Below the pieces are notes generated by a model. The model did not search any database and was not told where the DNA came from. It saw only the letters and a list, made by a program, of their open reading frames with translations. DNA of 64,000 bases. It comes from Adineta vaga. Lineage: Eukaryota; Animalia; Rotifera. The DNA lies in the NCBI GenBank assembly GCA_021613535.1, contig CP075493.1, positions 7,378,001 through 7,442,000 on the forward strand, given 5' to 3'. A program made the position numbers and the translations under genes. Numbering within the stretch: the first letter of the stretch is position 1; each line of letters starts with the position of its first letter. This document shows positions 9,520 through 22,500 of the stretch, piece by piece.

Positions 9520-11589
9520 TTACTGTTTTGAAAGATTAGGAAATTCATCTGGATTATCAAGTGATGGTGCATTTGGATCGGCATTGTTACGTCCTTGACG
9601 ATAGCCACGAGTTGGACGACGATAATCACCACGATCACCACGGCCACCACGTTGACCGCCTCGATACGAATCATCATATTGTTGAGATGATGGTTGTTGG
9701 CCTTGACTTGGTGACGTAGCTAAATGAAGAAGAAAACGAAATTTGTTTCAAGAAAATGATAAATATCTATCTGTTTACATCTTTGTTGTTCATCACGATT
9801 GGGGCGGAAACGGCCTCCTCCGCGGCGTTGTCCACCTGAACCACGTGGAATTTCAATTGGTTTGAAACGAAGTGGAATAGCAATAAGTTTTTTCTTTCCA
9901 CTCGTATGTTCTTCTTCATCACCACTTTCATTTTCTAAATTAATTCAAAGATATACAATGATTTGAATTACTATCCATAGATATGAACAAACCTTCAACT
10001 TCGCTGCCTTCTTCTTCTTCTTCATCTTCGTCATCATCGTTTTTCTTACGATATTCATGACCCAATTTTAGTAATGATTTTGGATCTTCACCTTCACCAG
10101 CAACACGTGTTTTGAATTGCGGTAATTTTTCTTGATGAGCTCGTTTTTTTGCTTCCAATTGTTTTTTATATTCATCCAATGTCATTTGTTTTTCGGCTTC
10201 TTCGACTTGTTGTGCCCAATCTTTTGATACTGGCGCGGATTGTGCTGTTGTTTCATTTATTTCACTAAAATTGATTTTAAATCAATAAAAAAAAACATCT
10301 TTTTATAGAAATAATCAAATTATCTTACTCAGAAACTGGATGTTCTTCAGGATTTTCAGTTGGATTACCCCAGTTGTGAGCACCTTCACCATCTTTTTTC
10401 TCGATTGGTTTCACACCACTTGAAATAGAGTAATAAGGATTGAAATTTATCATCTACTAGAATCATCATTATTCTACTTACGAAACAAATGAACGTGGTT
10501 GACGATCGTTTTGGCGACGATTGGCTCGATAATCTTCTTGACCAACTTCACCACTTTCACGATCACCATAATTACGAAATCCTCGACCACGATAGTTACC
10601 TCGATAATTACGTCGAGTATTATCTGCTTCAAATGATCGATCTGTTGCTAATGCATCTTGGTCATACTCACGATTTGATTGTGAACGACCGCCTTCAAAA
10701 TTTGATCTAGATACGAAAAGTATACTTTGAGTTTTATATAATCTTTTCTAAACAGATCAGTGATTTACTCCAACTGATTTCTTTTTTTAAGGATAGAAAT
10801 AAAATATCTCAAAACGATCGCTCGAAAAGCTTGATTTAATGCATTTGTGTGTAAGAATAAAATCATCAATTCAAACTATACGTACTCGGAACTTTGTTGC
10901 CATCCGGTGCCTTCTTGTTGTGGGCCTTCTTCTTGGCTTCGATTATTGAAATTTCCACGTCCACCACGACCACGACCACGGCCACCAGTACCACGGCCTC
11001 CTTCGAAATTGCCACGTCTTGGTCCACCACGTCCACGGCCACCACGTGCTCCTCCTTCATTACTCCAAGCATCACCACCTTGATCAAATGAACCTGATTC
11101 ATTCGCTGACGATGAACCTTGTCCGTCGAATTTGTTGAAACGTTGCGAACGGCCACGACCAGCACCTTCAAAAGGTGGCCCGCCTCTTCTTGAACCACCA
11201 CGAGAGCCTGGAAATAAAACAAGTCTTTTGTATTTAAAAAGAAAAGAAAACGACTTATGAAACACACCTCGTGCACTATCACCACGTGGTTGATTATTAT
11301 TATCACCGAATACAGTTGCTGAAGTCGCTGATTGTTGTCTTCGTGAATCAACATTTGTTGATTTTGTTGTTAAATTTTCTTTATTAGTTTTCGTCGTCGT
11401 TGTTGTTGATGTTGTTGTTTTACTGGTCACTTTCTTGCCTATTGGTTTGGAATCTTTTGTTGAAGACTTTCTTTGTTTTTCTTCTTCTTGTGTTTGGGCA
11501 GCAATAAATGCTTCTGGTTCTTCATCGTGATCAACAAATTGAAGAAAACGATTTCCTGTATTAATACCGTATTCAAAATCAAGCACCAT
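9520..11589 (-). CDS. SERBP1: SERBP1/HABP4 (PAI-RBP1) family RGG RNA/ribosome-binding protein, multi-exon
   Basis: N-terminal YGINTGNRF, RGG boxes, GVKPIEKKDGEGAHNWGNP, QMTLDEYK and C-terminal APSLDNPDEFPNL are all family signatures. Confidence 0.9.
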
Positions 11590-12285
11590 TTTGTATTGTT
11601 TCTTTTATTGTCACAAATTCAAAAATTGCATCTAAAAAGAAGCAAAAGAAGTATACAATACATTGTTGTTTTTTCTTGGATGACTAAGTTTGTTGATTTT
11701 TCGTTCGAACGGACGCATTCGAAAAAAAAGTCGATAAGTGTGTTTCGGTAAATTATCGATGACCGATAAAAGAAGAGGATGAGGAGGAGGAGGAGACGTA
11801 TCGAAAGAAAGAGAAGATATCGGAAAGAATTTCGGTGCTAAGCAAAACCGAAAGAACATCATTAGAGAGGTTATTGAGTATTGAAATATTTCGAAAATCT
11901 GAAAATTATTTGAAAAAAAATTTTTTTCATAAAATTTTTATAAAAGGCTAAGTAAGAATAAGTAAGAAGAGAATTTTTTCCTTTTTTTTTCTTAATGCAT
12001 TTTTTTAAGTTTTCAATGCACTGTAATGAAGAGATGACATGAGATCATTATGGTAGAACGAATATCCATAATTTACCGTAATATCCAGAGAAAATTATCA
12101 TCTTGTTTTAATGATTAGCGAAATATGTTTGAGTAGTTCATTGTGAATAAAAATCATGTTTAGTAGCTGATAGATAGTTTATTAGTTTTACTTTTATTTT
12201 CCTTCAAATAACATGTAAGTTGTCACTTTTGTTTACTCATGAACGATCGATTGAGAGAAATTTTTGACTTTATTTTCTTTCAGTC
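11590..12285. promoter_or_regulatory. Probable bidirectional promoter/5' UTR region (SERBP1 / BRSK)
   Basis: Divergent start codons about 700 bp apart. Confidence 0.5.
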
Positions 12286-15200
12286 ATGTCGTTCAATGTT
12301 AAAACATCGAGTACGGCAGCACCAGCACGTACATCTCAAAATGTTGGACCATATCTTTTACAGAAAACCCTAGGCAAAGGCCAGACAGGTACGGAAAAAT
12401 TTCTTCGACGTCATTGTCCATCTCAAATTTCTCTTGTCTTATTCTAGGACTTGTCAAATTAGGCGTGCATTATTTAACTGGAGAGAAAGTAGCTATTAAA
12501 ATAGTCAATCGCGAAGCTTTATCTGAATCAGTATTGATGAAAGTAATACATAAAATTTTTGTATATATTTGATACATATATATATATAATTTTTTCTCTA
12601 GGTTGAACGAGAAATAGCGATTATGAAGTTAATTGAACATCCACATGTTTTACGTTTATACGATGTATATGAAAGTCGAAAATATTTGTATCTGATTCTT
12701 GAACATGTAGCAGGTGGTGAATTATTTGATTATCTTGTGAAGAAAGGTCGTTTAACACCAAAAGAAGCACGAAAATTTTTTCGACAAATCATTTCTGCAC
12801 TTGATTTTTGTCATAGTCATATGATTTGGTATGTTAGATATCGAATTGGCTAATTTATTTCATACATTCTTTGTTTGTTTATTTTTTAGTCATCGTGATT
12901 TGAAGTAAGAAGATAAGTAATGTATAAGAAGATAATTATTTCCTTTCTATAGACCGGAAAATTTATTATTGGATGATAAAATGAACATTCGTGTTGCTGA
13001 TTTTGGAATGGCATCCTTACAAGTCGAAGGATCATTTCTGGAAACAAGTTGTGGTTCACCACATTATGGTAAGATACATCAATGGATTGAAATGAACTAA
13101 TGAGTTCTTTTTTCTTTTGCTTATTTAGCATGTCCAGAAGTAATTAAGGTAAATATTCGATAGATTTATTGAGTTTCTTCTTCAAGTTTCTTCTTAAAAA
13201 TCAATTAGGGTGAAAAATACGATGGAAGAAAAGCTGATGTATGGTCATGTGGTGTCATTCTTTATGCTCTACTAGTGGTATATAGAGAAATTGAATTCAA
13301 TAATGATCTTCATTTCAATTATCTTCTAGGGTGCATTACCATTTGATGATGATAATCTTCGTCAATTACTCGAAAAAGTAAAGAAAGGTGTTTTTCATAT
13401 TCCACATTTTGTTCCAGCTGATTGTCAACAATTATTACGTGGAATGATTGAAATTGATCCAAATAAACGCCTAACGGTAATTAGCGAAACATTTTCTTTT
13501 CTTTTCTTACTTATTTTTCCGAGCAAAAACATAATCAAAACCAAAATTTTTCTTGCGCTCATGCTCGCTTGCTTATTTATTTTTTTTCTTCTTTATTAAT
13601 TTATTACTCATTCCAGTTGGAAGATGTCAGTCGACATTCGTGGGTTACACAGTACGTAAATAATGAACATACACCTATTAATCGTCGTACTCGTCTTCCG
13701 CTTTCGTCTAATCGTTCTACACCATCAACAACAGTGAAAAGAAAAAATCTTCATCCACCTTCATCGATGTTCGTGATGTGTTTTTATTATCATCATTGCT
13801 TGCTCATTTGTTATTGTTATTGTTGTTGTTCTTGTTGTTATATATATATATATGTTTGAAGCATGATTTCTGGTGTCCTTTGTCCCTAGTTATGATAACA
13901 ATGGTGCCGAAAAAAAACCAACTGTTTGCTTGCCTGCTTGCTTGCTTGCATGAATATTTTATTATGATAGAAAAAGAAAAAAAGTTCAAATCTAAATTTT
14001 ATTATTTGATTTCTTCAGGGGAACTAAGGCAGAATTGGAATTGGAATTGCCAATGGTACAAGTTGTTCAAGTATGTTAAATGAATAGAAAATTTGTGAGA
14101 GAAAATCTGTTTTTTTTTCAATTAATAATAGACAACAATTATTCCAAATGAAGAAGATATTGATGCTGATGTATTTGCTGCAATGACATCATTAGGTTGT
14201 TTTAAAGATCGACAACGATTAATTGAAGCTTTATTAAATTCAAAGTAGAAGAAGAAGGAGAAAAAGAGATTTCATTTTTAATTGCGTTTGTTTTTTGCCG
14301 TTCATATAGACATAACACAGAAAAAGTCATTTACTTTCTTTTACTTGATCGTAAAATGCGTCAACCAAGTTATGAAGATATGGAAGATGCTAAACAACGA
14401 AGTCGTTCTGGTTCACGTAAAACATTATATTATATTTCTTTTTGTAATGATGTGTTGTTTTTCTTTTTTTCAGCGGATGTACCACAGAAACGTGTGGATC
14501 GCCATCGTTCAAATGGAATCGGACAGAGTCCAAACCCGAATGCCTATCGACCGGGTCTCGTTGGTCAACTAGCAGAAGGATCACCATTAGTACCACGACG
14601 ACAACTCTATTCTAATATTAGGTAAAAATCTTACTGAGATCTACTTAAGATAAAGTTACAGACGTAGTATTAAATAAGAAGAATCATTTTCGTCGTCTAT
14701 CATTACAAAGCCTGCAGGCATTCTTAACGACGGAAAAGAAGAATCGTTTTTATTTCAAACTAACTAATCACAAATGAATTGAATTTTTTAGTAATAAAAC
14801 AATCTCAGCTAACAATACTCCATCTGTGAGTCCGTGTGCATCACCAACTGTTATCAAAAAAGATGTTTTCAATAAAATCACAGCGTTTACGGCGGGTAAA
14901 ACATCGATAGAAACTCCATCATCTCATTCCTCATCAACTCAAGGATCTCATATACATCGTCATCATCGTAATACATCAACTGTATCACAGAATGAAAATG
15001 TTCTTACAACTCCGCCATCAACACAATCCATTACTCTAGCAAGTGATCAATCATATTCATCAGTTAATACCGAAAGTACAACGAATAATGGTAAATCCAC
15101 ATATCATCCATCACGGCGACATGCACCGCTACCACCAGCACCGCAGCCAGTACCATTGGCATCTCAAATATCCGAACCAACAAATATGGAATCATCACCA

Positions 15201-16720
15201 TCAGTTATTTCGAATAATAATAATAATAATAATAATAATTCACTTATCTATACGCCACCAAATCAAATTAATATGCCACAAACACCAAATAATAATCAAT
15301 GGAGACATAAATTAAATAATTTAAAACAAAGTTTTCAAAGTGTGGGAACACCACGATTTCATCGACGACCGAAAGTTCTATGTAAGTATAGAAAAACAAG
15401 TTTCATTTCAAATCTTTTTCAAACTTTGTTCTCTTTTCATTGAATATTTCAGTAACCGAAAGTGATAGTACAAATACATCGAATTCACCGCCACAATATG
15501 GTACGACACCTGAAGCAACTAAAAAATCTTTATTTCATCATATTATTGACGCCATGCAAGAAGATCATCATATGATTGTTGTTAAAGATCGACCATTAGC
15601 AGCGATTAAAACTGATCTTATTCATGCTTTCTTATCGGTAATTGATATTGAATCATCTATTTCGCATTTGAATTCTAAATTTTTCTTTAGACTCCTGATC
15701 TTGTCCATAACGTTTTATCTGGTACACAATATCGTTGTGAATATCGTCGACCAGATCGTTCATCAATGTTTCAACGTAATATACGTTTTCATGTAGAAAT
15801 TTGTACAGTTAAATCAGTTGATGCATCATCATCTGATTCTTATTATGTTACATTTACACTTATTACAGGTAAGAAAATTATTCAATGGAAAACATTAACT
15901 CATTGACTATATCATATGAAATATTGTTTCAGGACAAGCAAGACGTTTTAAGAAATTATGTGAAGAAATTCAAACTTTATTTCTAACAAGTAAAGAACGT
16001 TTAGCAAAACAACGACGTCCGCTACCACCACCACAGCAGCAGCAACAACAACATCAACAACAACCAACAAATGATAATCGATCAATAACCGGTGGTGGAA
16101 ATGGTCATTCAGTAAATTCATCTACAGTTAATTCTCTTCCATCGAATCCAAATACACCCATGACACCTCGATCAAATGCTTCATTTATTTCATCATTATT
16201 TGGTAACACAAATTCTTCATGTAAATATCACTAATTCCTTTTTCTTCTGACATTTCCCTCGATGATCTGGTTTATTTGTTATCGCAGATTTTTCGTATCG
16301 GATCCCTTGAGAACAAGACTATATTAATTTCTAGATATGGGAAGATGTTTAACAAAGACAAATAAGCTATTTGTATTTTTTAAGGTTTCATATTGCATTT
16401 CGATCTAAACATCAGATATTATTTCATTCAACTAAATATTCTCTCTGATCAGATGTTTTTTTCCATAAATTTATTCAATTATTTCATTTAGATATAAAAT
16501 CGAATGTCACATCAACTCAACACAACAACAACAACAACAGCCACCACAATCATCTTCATCATCTATTTCCTCACTTTCATCCACATCCAATGTATCTTTA
16601 ACTAATCCTCCTTCGGCAGCCAATTCCGTTGGCTCACCTTATTCAGTAACATCGTCAATCAATGACGATTCAACAGTCGAATCTACTCGTCTGAAACTTG
16701 CTCATCGTCTTGCTATCTAG
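12286..16720 (+). CDS. BRSK2: BRSK/SAD (AMPK-related) Ser/Thr kinase, many exons; exact C-terminus uncertain
   Basis: [84 protein letters not shown] region [23 protein letters not shown] and a KA1-like [10 protein letters not shown] segment. Confidence 0.93.
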
Positions 16721-19503
16721 TCATTTCTTTTCTTCTTTCTTCTCATGCTTGTTGTTGTTGTTGTTGTAAGTATGCGTGTGTATCTCATCAATATGTATAT
16801 GTATCGTTTTTCTTTCTTTCGTGCAATCTGTCCTCTCTCATTCCATCGACATCTATGACCCTCGAAAACAAAATCAATTTTTTTTGTCTCCTTGCGAAAA
16901 ATTAATCTCTAGTCAAAACATAAACCTTCTCACATTTGTTTTTCTCTTTGAGCGATGATACACACCGCTTGTCTTCCGTCTTGTCGTCGAAATCTACCCT
17001 CTTCGTTCATTCGTAATTCATTTCTATGTTGAAAAAAAAAATAAACAAACGTCTCCTTCAGAAACGTCCAATTATTTCATTTATTGTTCGTGCATTTGTC
17101 ATTCTTCTATTCATTATATATTTGTGTGTGTGTGAGTGTGTGCATGAACTGTAATTTTATGAGCGCACCTTTCTTCATTTTTCTTCTCTTTTTCTTCTTT
17201 TTTTCTTCTTCTACTTTCACTTGTGTCTTATCAACAAAGGAAAAAATTAGAACGTGACGAAAAACGACTATCAGAAAAGAAAACGAACAAATAAAGTATT
17301 CTGACATGTATACTAATTGTCATATGTGAAGATTTAATATATATTTATCTAAAAAGTCCAATGACAACATCCGGTAGAAACTGATTATAAGAACACGATA
17401 AAGGAAGAGAACAATTTTAAAGAAAGAAAATCGTTGAAAAACTCACGATTACTATGTGATGAAAAATTCTAATTAGAAATATATATGTATGTGGGTTAAA
17501 GAACTGACAATTAGAATGTTGTTGCTCAATTAGTTGCCTGTAAACGAATAGGAAATGAGATGTAAGATGAAAAGTTTCGTCTTTCAAAATAAGGAAATCA
17601 TTGAAATAGTACTCGAATGTCGATCGAAGGAAATTGTTCAATGTCGATGCTATTTTTCTAATGATGCCTGTCGCATACATCAGAGAAAGAGAGAATAACA
17701 ATAAACTTTGCTACTTGAATTGAATGAACCTTTTTTTTTTCGTATCTGAAACTAACTTGAAATAAGTTAGAATAACAATGAATCAGACTTAGTTTCTTTT
17801 CTCTAATTACGATTGTAACATGAATACTGATGCTATCATTAGAATAAAGTATGCACTGACGGCTTTCAAGCAGAAGAATCATGAGAAGAGGATTCTCTCC
17901 TCTTAGATTGAACGTAGTGTGCTATTCTGTTGATTGAAGAAGCTAGGCAATGTTTAATTAATTTCTCATTTAACAAATGAATGGAATAGTGATAATCTAA
18001 ATGAAATTATTCCCAAATTTTCATACAGTTGAAGAAAGTAAACTAACGCCATATTATGAAGTTTCTGATACAATGTTACAGATGGTGCTAGTTGCTCAAC
18101 ATGAAATTTCCTTTTTAAAATAGCACATATTAAATTTCACTTGTTTATTTTATAATTTTTCATTACATCCACATGAACAAAAAAGAAGAGAGAATGTAAG
18201 AAAGAAACAATCATCATTTTCAATACATAATTTTTGTTTTCCGATGGATTTTTTTCAAACATACATAAAAGAACAAAAAACGACGAATTATCTCGCCTGC
18301 GAAAAGAGAAAAAAGACTGGAATAGCACCAGTTACATAAGACATGACAGACGAGATCTTCTGTAATGCACCCGTTTTGTCTTCATTTCAAATAAAAGATT
18401 AGAAAAACAACAAACAACAATAAAACAACAGCAAAATTCGAGACACTGTTCGCATTTTTATATTTATCTAAGAGTAGTAAAAAAACAGCTTTTTTCTAGA
18501 TCTTCTTTACTTTGTTTATGTAAAAAGGTATCATCACTATTGCACCATATTGTGTTCAAGAAACAAACTCGGTCTTTACTCAATCAAAATGAACTACAGG
18601 CTACTTTTCTTCTGTCTAAAAAAGTAAACGGAATGTGTAGCTGAGAAAGACGAGTGACTAGGACTAACTTCATAGAGAATAGAACTATTCTCTTTGTTTT
18701 ACATAAAAATATTTCAAACGATGTTCTGAAACATATGCATACTCTGGTTATTTTACTTTACTCTCTTCTGCGAAATACAAATGAATGAAATTAAGTCTTA
18801 AAGAAAAACAAACGAAATCTTATTCTTGTTTTTATCAAGAAGTTATTTAAAGAAAAAGAAATAATGATAAATAATCAAAGTAGAAAAAAACAATCAAAAA
18901 GACAAGAAAAAAATGAAACGCATTAACTGCTGATTAGATATCATTTGTTTTTTCTCTCTTCATACACATATATGAATGTGTATGTACTGTAAAATTTTCT
19001 CATCACAAACTGGAAACAACAACAACAAAGAAGAAGAAGAAGAAAAATATATATTGAAAAAAAATCAAAGAAAGAGAACGATACACAATAAAGAAGAAAG
19101 ACAAATGTGTTCATGTATATATGTGTAAAGAAAATGAAAACAAAACAGAGACATCCGTACTTGTATTTTGTTAGAAATTAGAAAGAAAGAAAGAAAAGAT
19201 AAAGACAAGATAGTAGAATCAATGGTGCTTGTAAGAGAGTCAGGAGAATTTTTCAATGCCAAGTTTTTCTTGTAGAAAGAAGTGATTGAAGTTCATCAAT
19301 GCAAATATGATAAATTCACATTTGGTTTAGTTTTTTCGTAGAATACTTTGCCAAATAGAGTTTCTTTACAGAAAGATACATAAACATTCTTTATTTCTAC
19401 AAAATTCCAAATAAGAATATTTTCATTCGTACAAAACAACAGCAAACTTCTACCTTCTAATCAATATACATATTTGCATTGGAAACTTGAATAATACTTT
19501 GAT

Positions 19504-22500
19504 TTAAAGTCTCGGCAAATGGGAAGTGTATCCAGCAACTAAAACAGACAAATCAGTTAACCTTTTATCTCTAATATTAAACGAAAGAAATTCGAAACAT
19601 TTTATGTGTGAGCATCATGCGACATGCATCAGATAAACACACATAAATTCATGCATGAGAAAAAAGAAAGAAAATATATTTAGTACGTAGTCGAAATAGT
19701 GAATATAACTATGGATGAACTATTTCCTAAGGGTTAATACGTACTTTTGATTTGATTTTGAGCTGAATAAAGAGTAAAAATGAATCGCATGATCAAAAGA
19801 TTCAAAACTGATTTTTCGGTTTTTAGGATATAGATTAAGCTTACAGAGATAAGAAGGGAATTGAAGCGTTCGAATAATTCACTCATGCTCAATAAGATAG
19901 ATACAAGATATGTTTGTGATATTACACTTACATGCCATGGGAACAGCGGTTAGATATGGCTGCTGAAATTGTATTGGTAATGGTGTGGGTGATGGATAAG
20001 AAAATGCTGTCATTGGATAAGCTGCCATTGGTATACCAGTTTTAGGATCAGCTACTGCTGGTCGTTTTTGATGTTGTGCAGATAGATTTGTTTGTTGTTG
20101 TTGTTGTTGTTGTTGTTGAAGATACTGTGATGCAGTAATAAACTGTGTTCCTGGAGGCTAGAAAACAAAAGTAAAAATAGTGTTTAATTTTAGAAGATAT
20201 TTGAAAATCTAAACAAAATAGGAAAGGTTTATTTATTAATTTATTTCTTTGCTTTGTTTCTCTTCTCTTTTTTTTCATAAAGCATGTCAAACTGATCGAA
20301 CCATTCGAAGCATATAAAGCTAGCAAGATTATCTAGAAAAGCATATTGAAGTTCGATCAGTTTTTGATTTATACATACAAAGCACAATAAATAAATGAAT
20401 AAATAAATAGCTAAAATTAAAGAATAAACAAAAAGCATATGTGCAATACCAGCTTCAGGTAGGCACCGGTAGTAGCAGTATCGTCTTCAAGCGGTCGTTT
20501 TTTCGGCTGCTGTGTAATAATGCTGCTGCTGCTGACAGGATCGATCACTGCCTATATTAGTAGAAAAGAGAGGAATAGAGAAAAGATCGTGTATGCAACA
20601 AGCAAATACAAACAAAAAGTATATAAACAACAACAACAATATACAAACAAAAAGCCTTAGAAATTTTTAGTTTTTCTTAAGAAAATGATTTGTCAATATA
20701 GTCGAAATCGTACTAAATTTATCTTTGATCCGTGCATTGATTGTTTTTCAATAGAACATAAATTTGTTTTAACAAGCTTTTAAGCACGCATGATCTTATC
20801 TCTAAATATAATAGATCTCTTCGTGCGATTGTCTAAAACAAATCGTTTGTTGTTTAATAAAGCATCATATGTATATGCATATGATAAATTTCATCACGTT
20901 TACAAAAGGCAACGGCAGAAAAGAAACAAAGGCTATATTTGCTTGCTACATTTGTTGATATATTTTGAAATATCTGTCAAATAAACTCAATTATTTGCTA
21001 CGTACCGTATTATCAGTTGATGCTGTTGTTGATGACGATGATCCATCACTGTTCGGTATATTTGTTGATGTAATTATTGATGACTAGAATGAGAAAAGAA
21101 GAGAAAGGATTAGTTAACATAAATATCTATTATTGAACTTACATCTTTTACTTCAACAGATGGTGGTTGAGTATAGATAGTTTGAATTTGTCCTGAATAT
21201 GGTTGATACGATTGAACATAATTGTTATTATATGTACCATCCTCTTCTGGATGATTTTGATGTTGCTAGAAGAGAAATAAGTAGATTATAGAAAATAGTT
21301 AATTATACTCTTATTTCGAATTAGTTTTAAAATTAAAAATAAATTCAAGCAACTATGTAAGCATATGCAAAAATACAAAAGCATACCAATGGCGAAGAAG
21401 AGGAAGAAGCAGGTGTAATAGATGTTTGTTGAGGATAGATATACGTAGTCGGTGGTGCACTCAAAACTGATTGACTACTATTCAATGTCAATGGTTGAAG
21501 CAATTGAATAGTAGATGGTGAATATTGAAATGCTGCTGCAGCGGCTGCTGAATAGACTTGTGCAACAGCTGCAGCTGATTGTGCTTTGACTGCTTTTAAT
21601 TGTGCAACAAGATGAGCGGGTGGATGAAAATATTTGCATGTTTCACGAGCACATCTTCCTTTAACATAATCAACACAAACAGTAACAAGACCGTCTGCAT
21701 CAAGTGGACAATGTGCTTGTGGATGTGCATAGGAACATGCCTCTGCTGTATATAAACATTGTCCATGCTGAAAATCAGTGCATACCTATAAATAAAATCA
21801 AGAGAAGCGAAGTAGACCAACAAGCATACACATGCAATAAGATATTTGACAAGAAAACAATACCTAGAGAAGCAAGCAACAAGCAAGAAGATACAGAAAC
21901 TAGTTGTGTAAGTCATAAATACTAAGCACAAATAATAGTATATAAGTGTACAAACATAGATATATATGTATATGCACACACACAGACACACAAACAAAGA
22001 AATAAATGTTAATAGAAATATGTGCAAGAAGATGACCATGACTACTATTGGAAGGAACAACAAGCTGACCTCGATTTGCTTTAAAATAAAACTGAAATGA
22101 TCTTATCACTTACATAGAGCGTATCAAGTTCAAGGTAAGACTAAATGGGATACACATCAATTTAGTAGGAGAAAGGTGAAAGTTAAAAAAAACGGAGAGA
22201 AAAAAAATAGTGAGGTATTATATTCAGTCCACAGACAAGCATAGAAATGTGTCAAAATACTGATTTTCTTCACGTTGAAAATGATATGAACAAACCTTTA
22301 TCATTTCATGATTGGAATTATGAGTTGAGTAAACCTAGAGAATGGAAAGTTTTGTTTGATTTTTTTGAGGTTTTCCAGCACCATAACCGAGTTTGATATA
22401 GAAATCGAGCAACAGAATAAACAAGAACAAAGCTGCACGAAAAGACGCGCAACGTGAAGATGAATAGTCGTGTGTATAGAAATGTATATATGTATATGAG

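Noticed and set aside
16776-19262. Short F/L/K-rich ORFs in UTR and intergenic DNA (also 24739-28705 and 40346-42590)
   Set aside because: Their low-complexity composition reflects AT-rich sequence, and they show no protein motifs.
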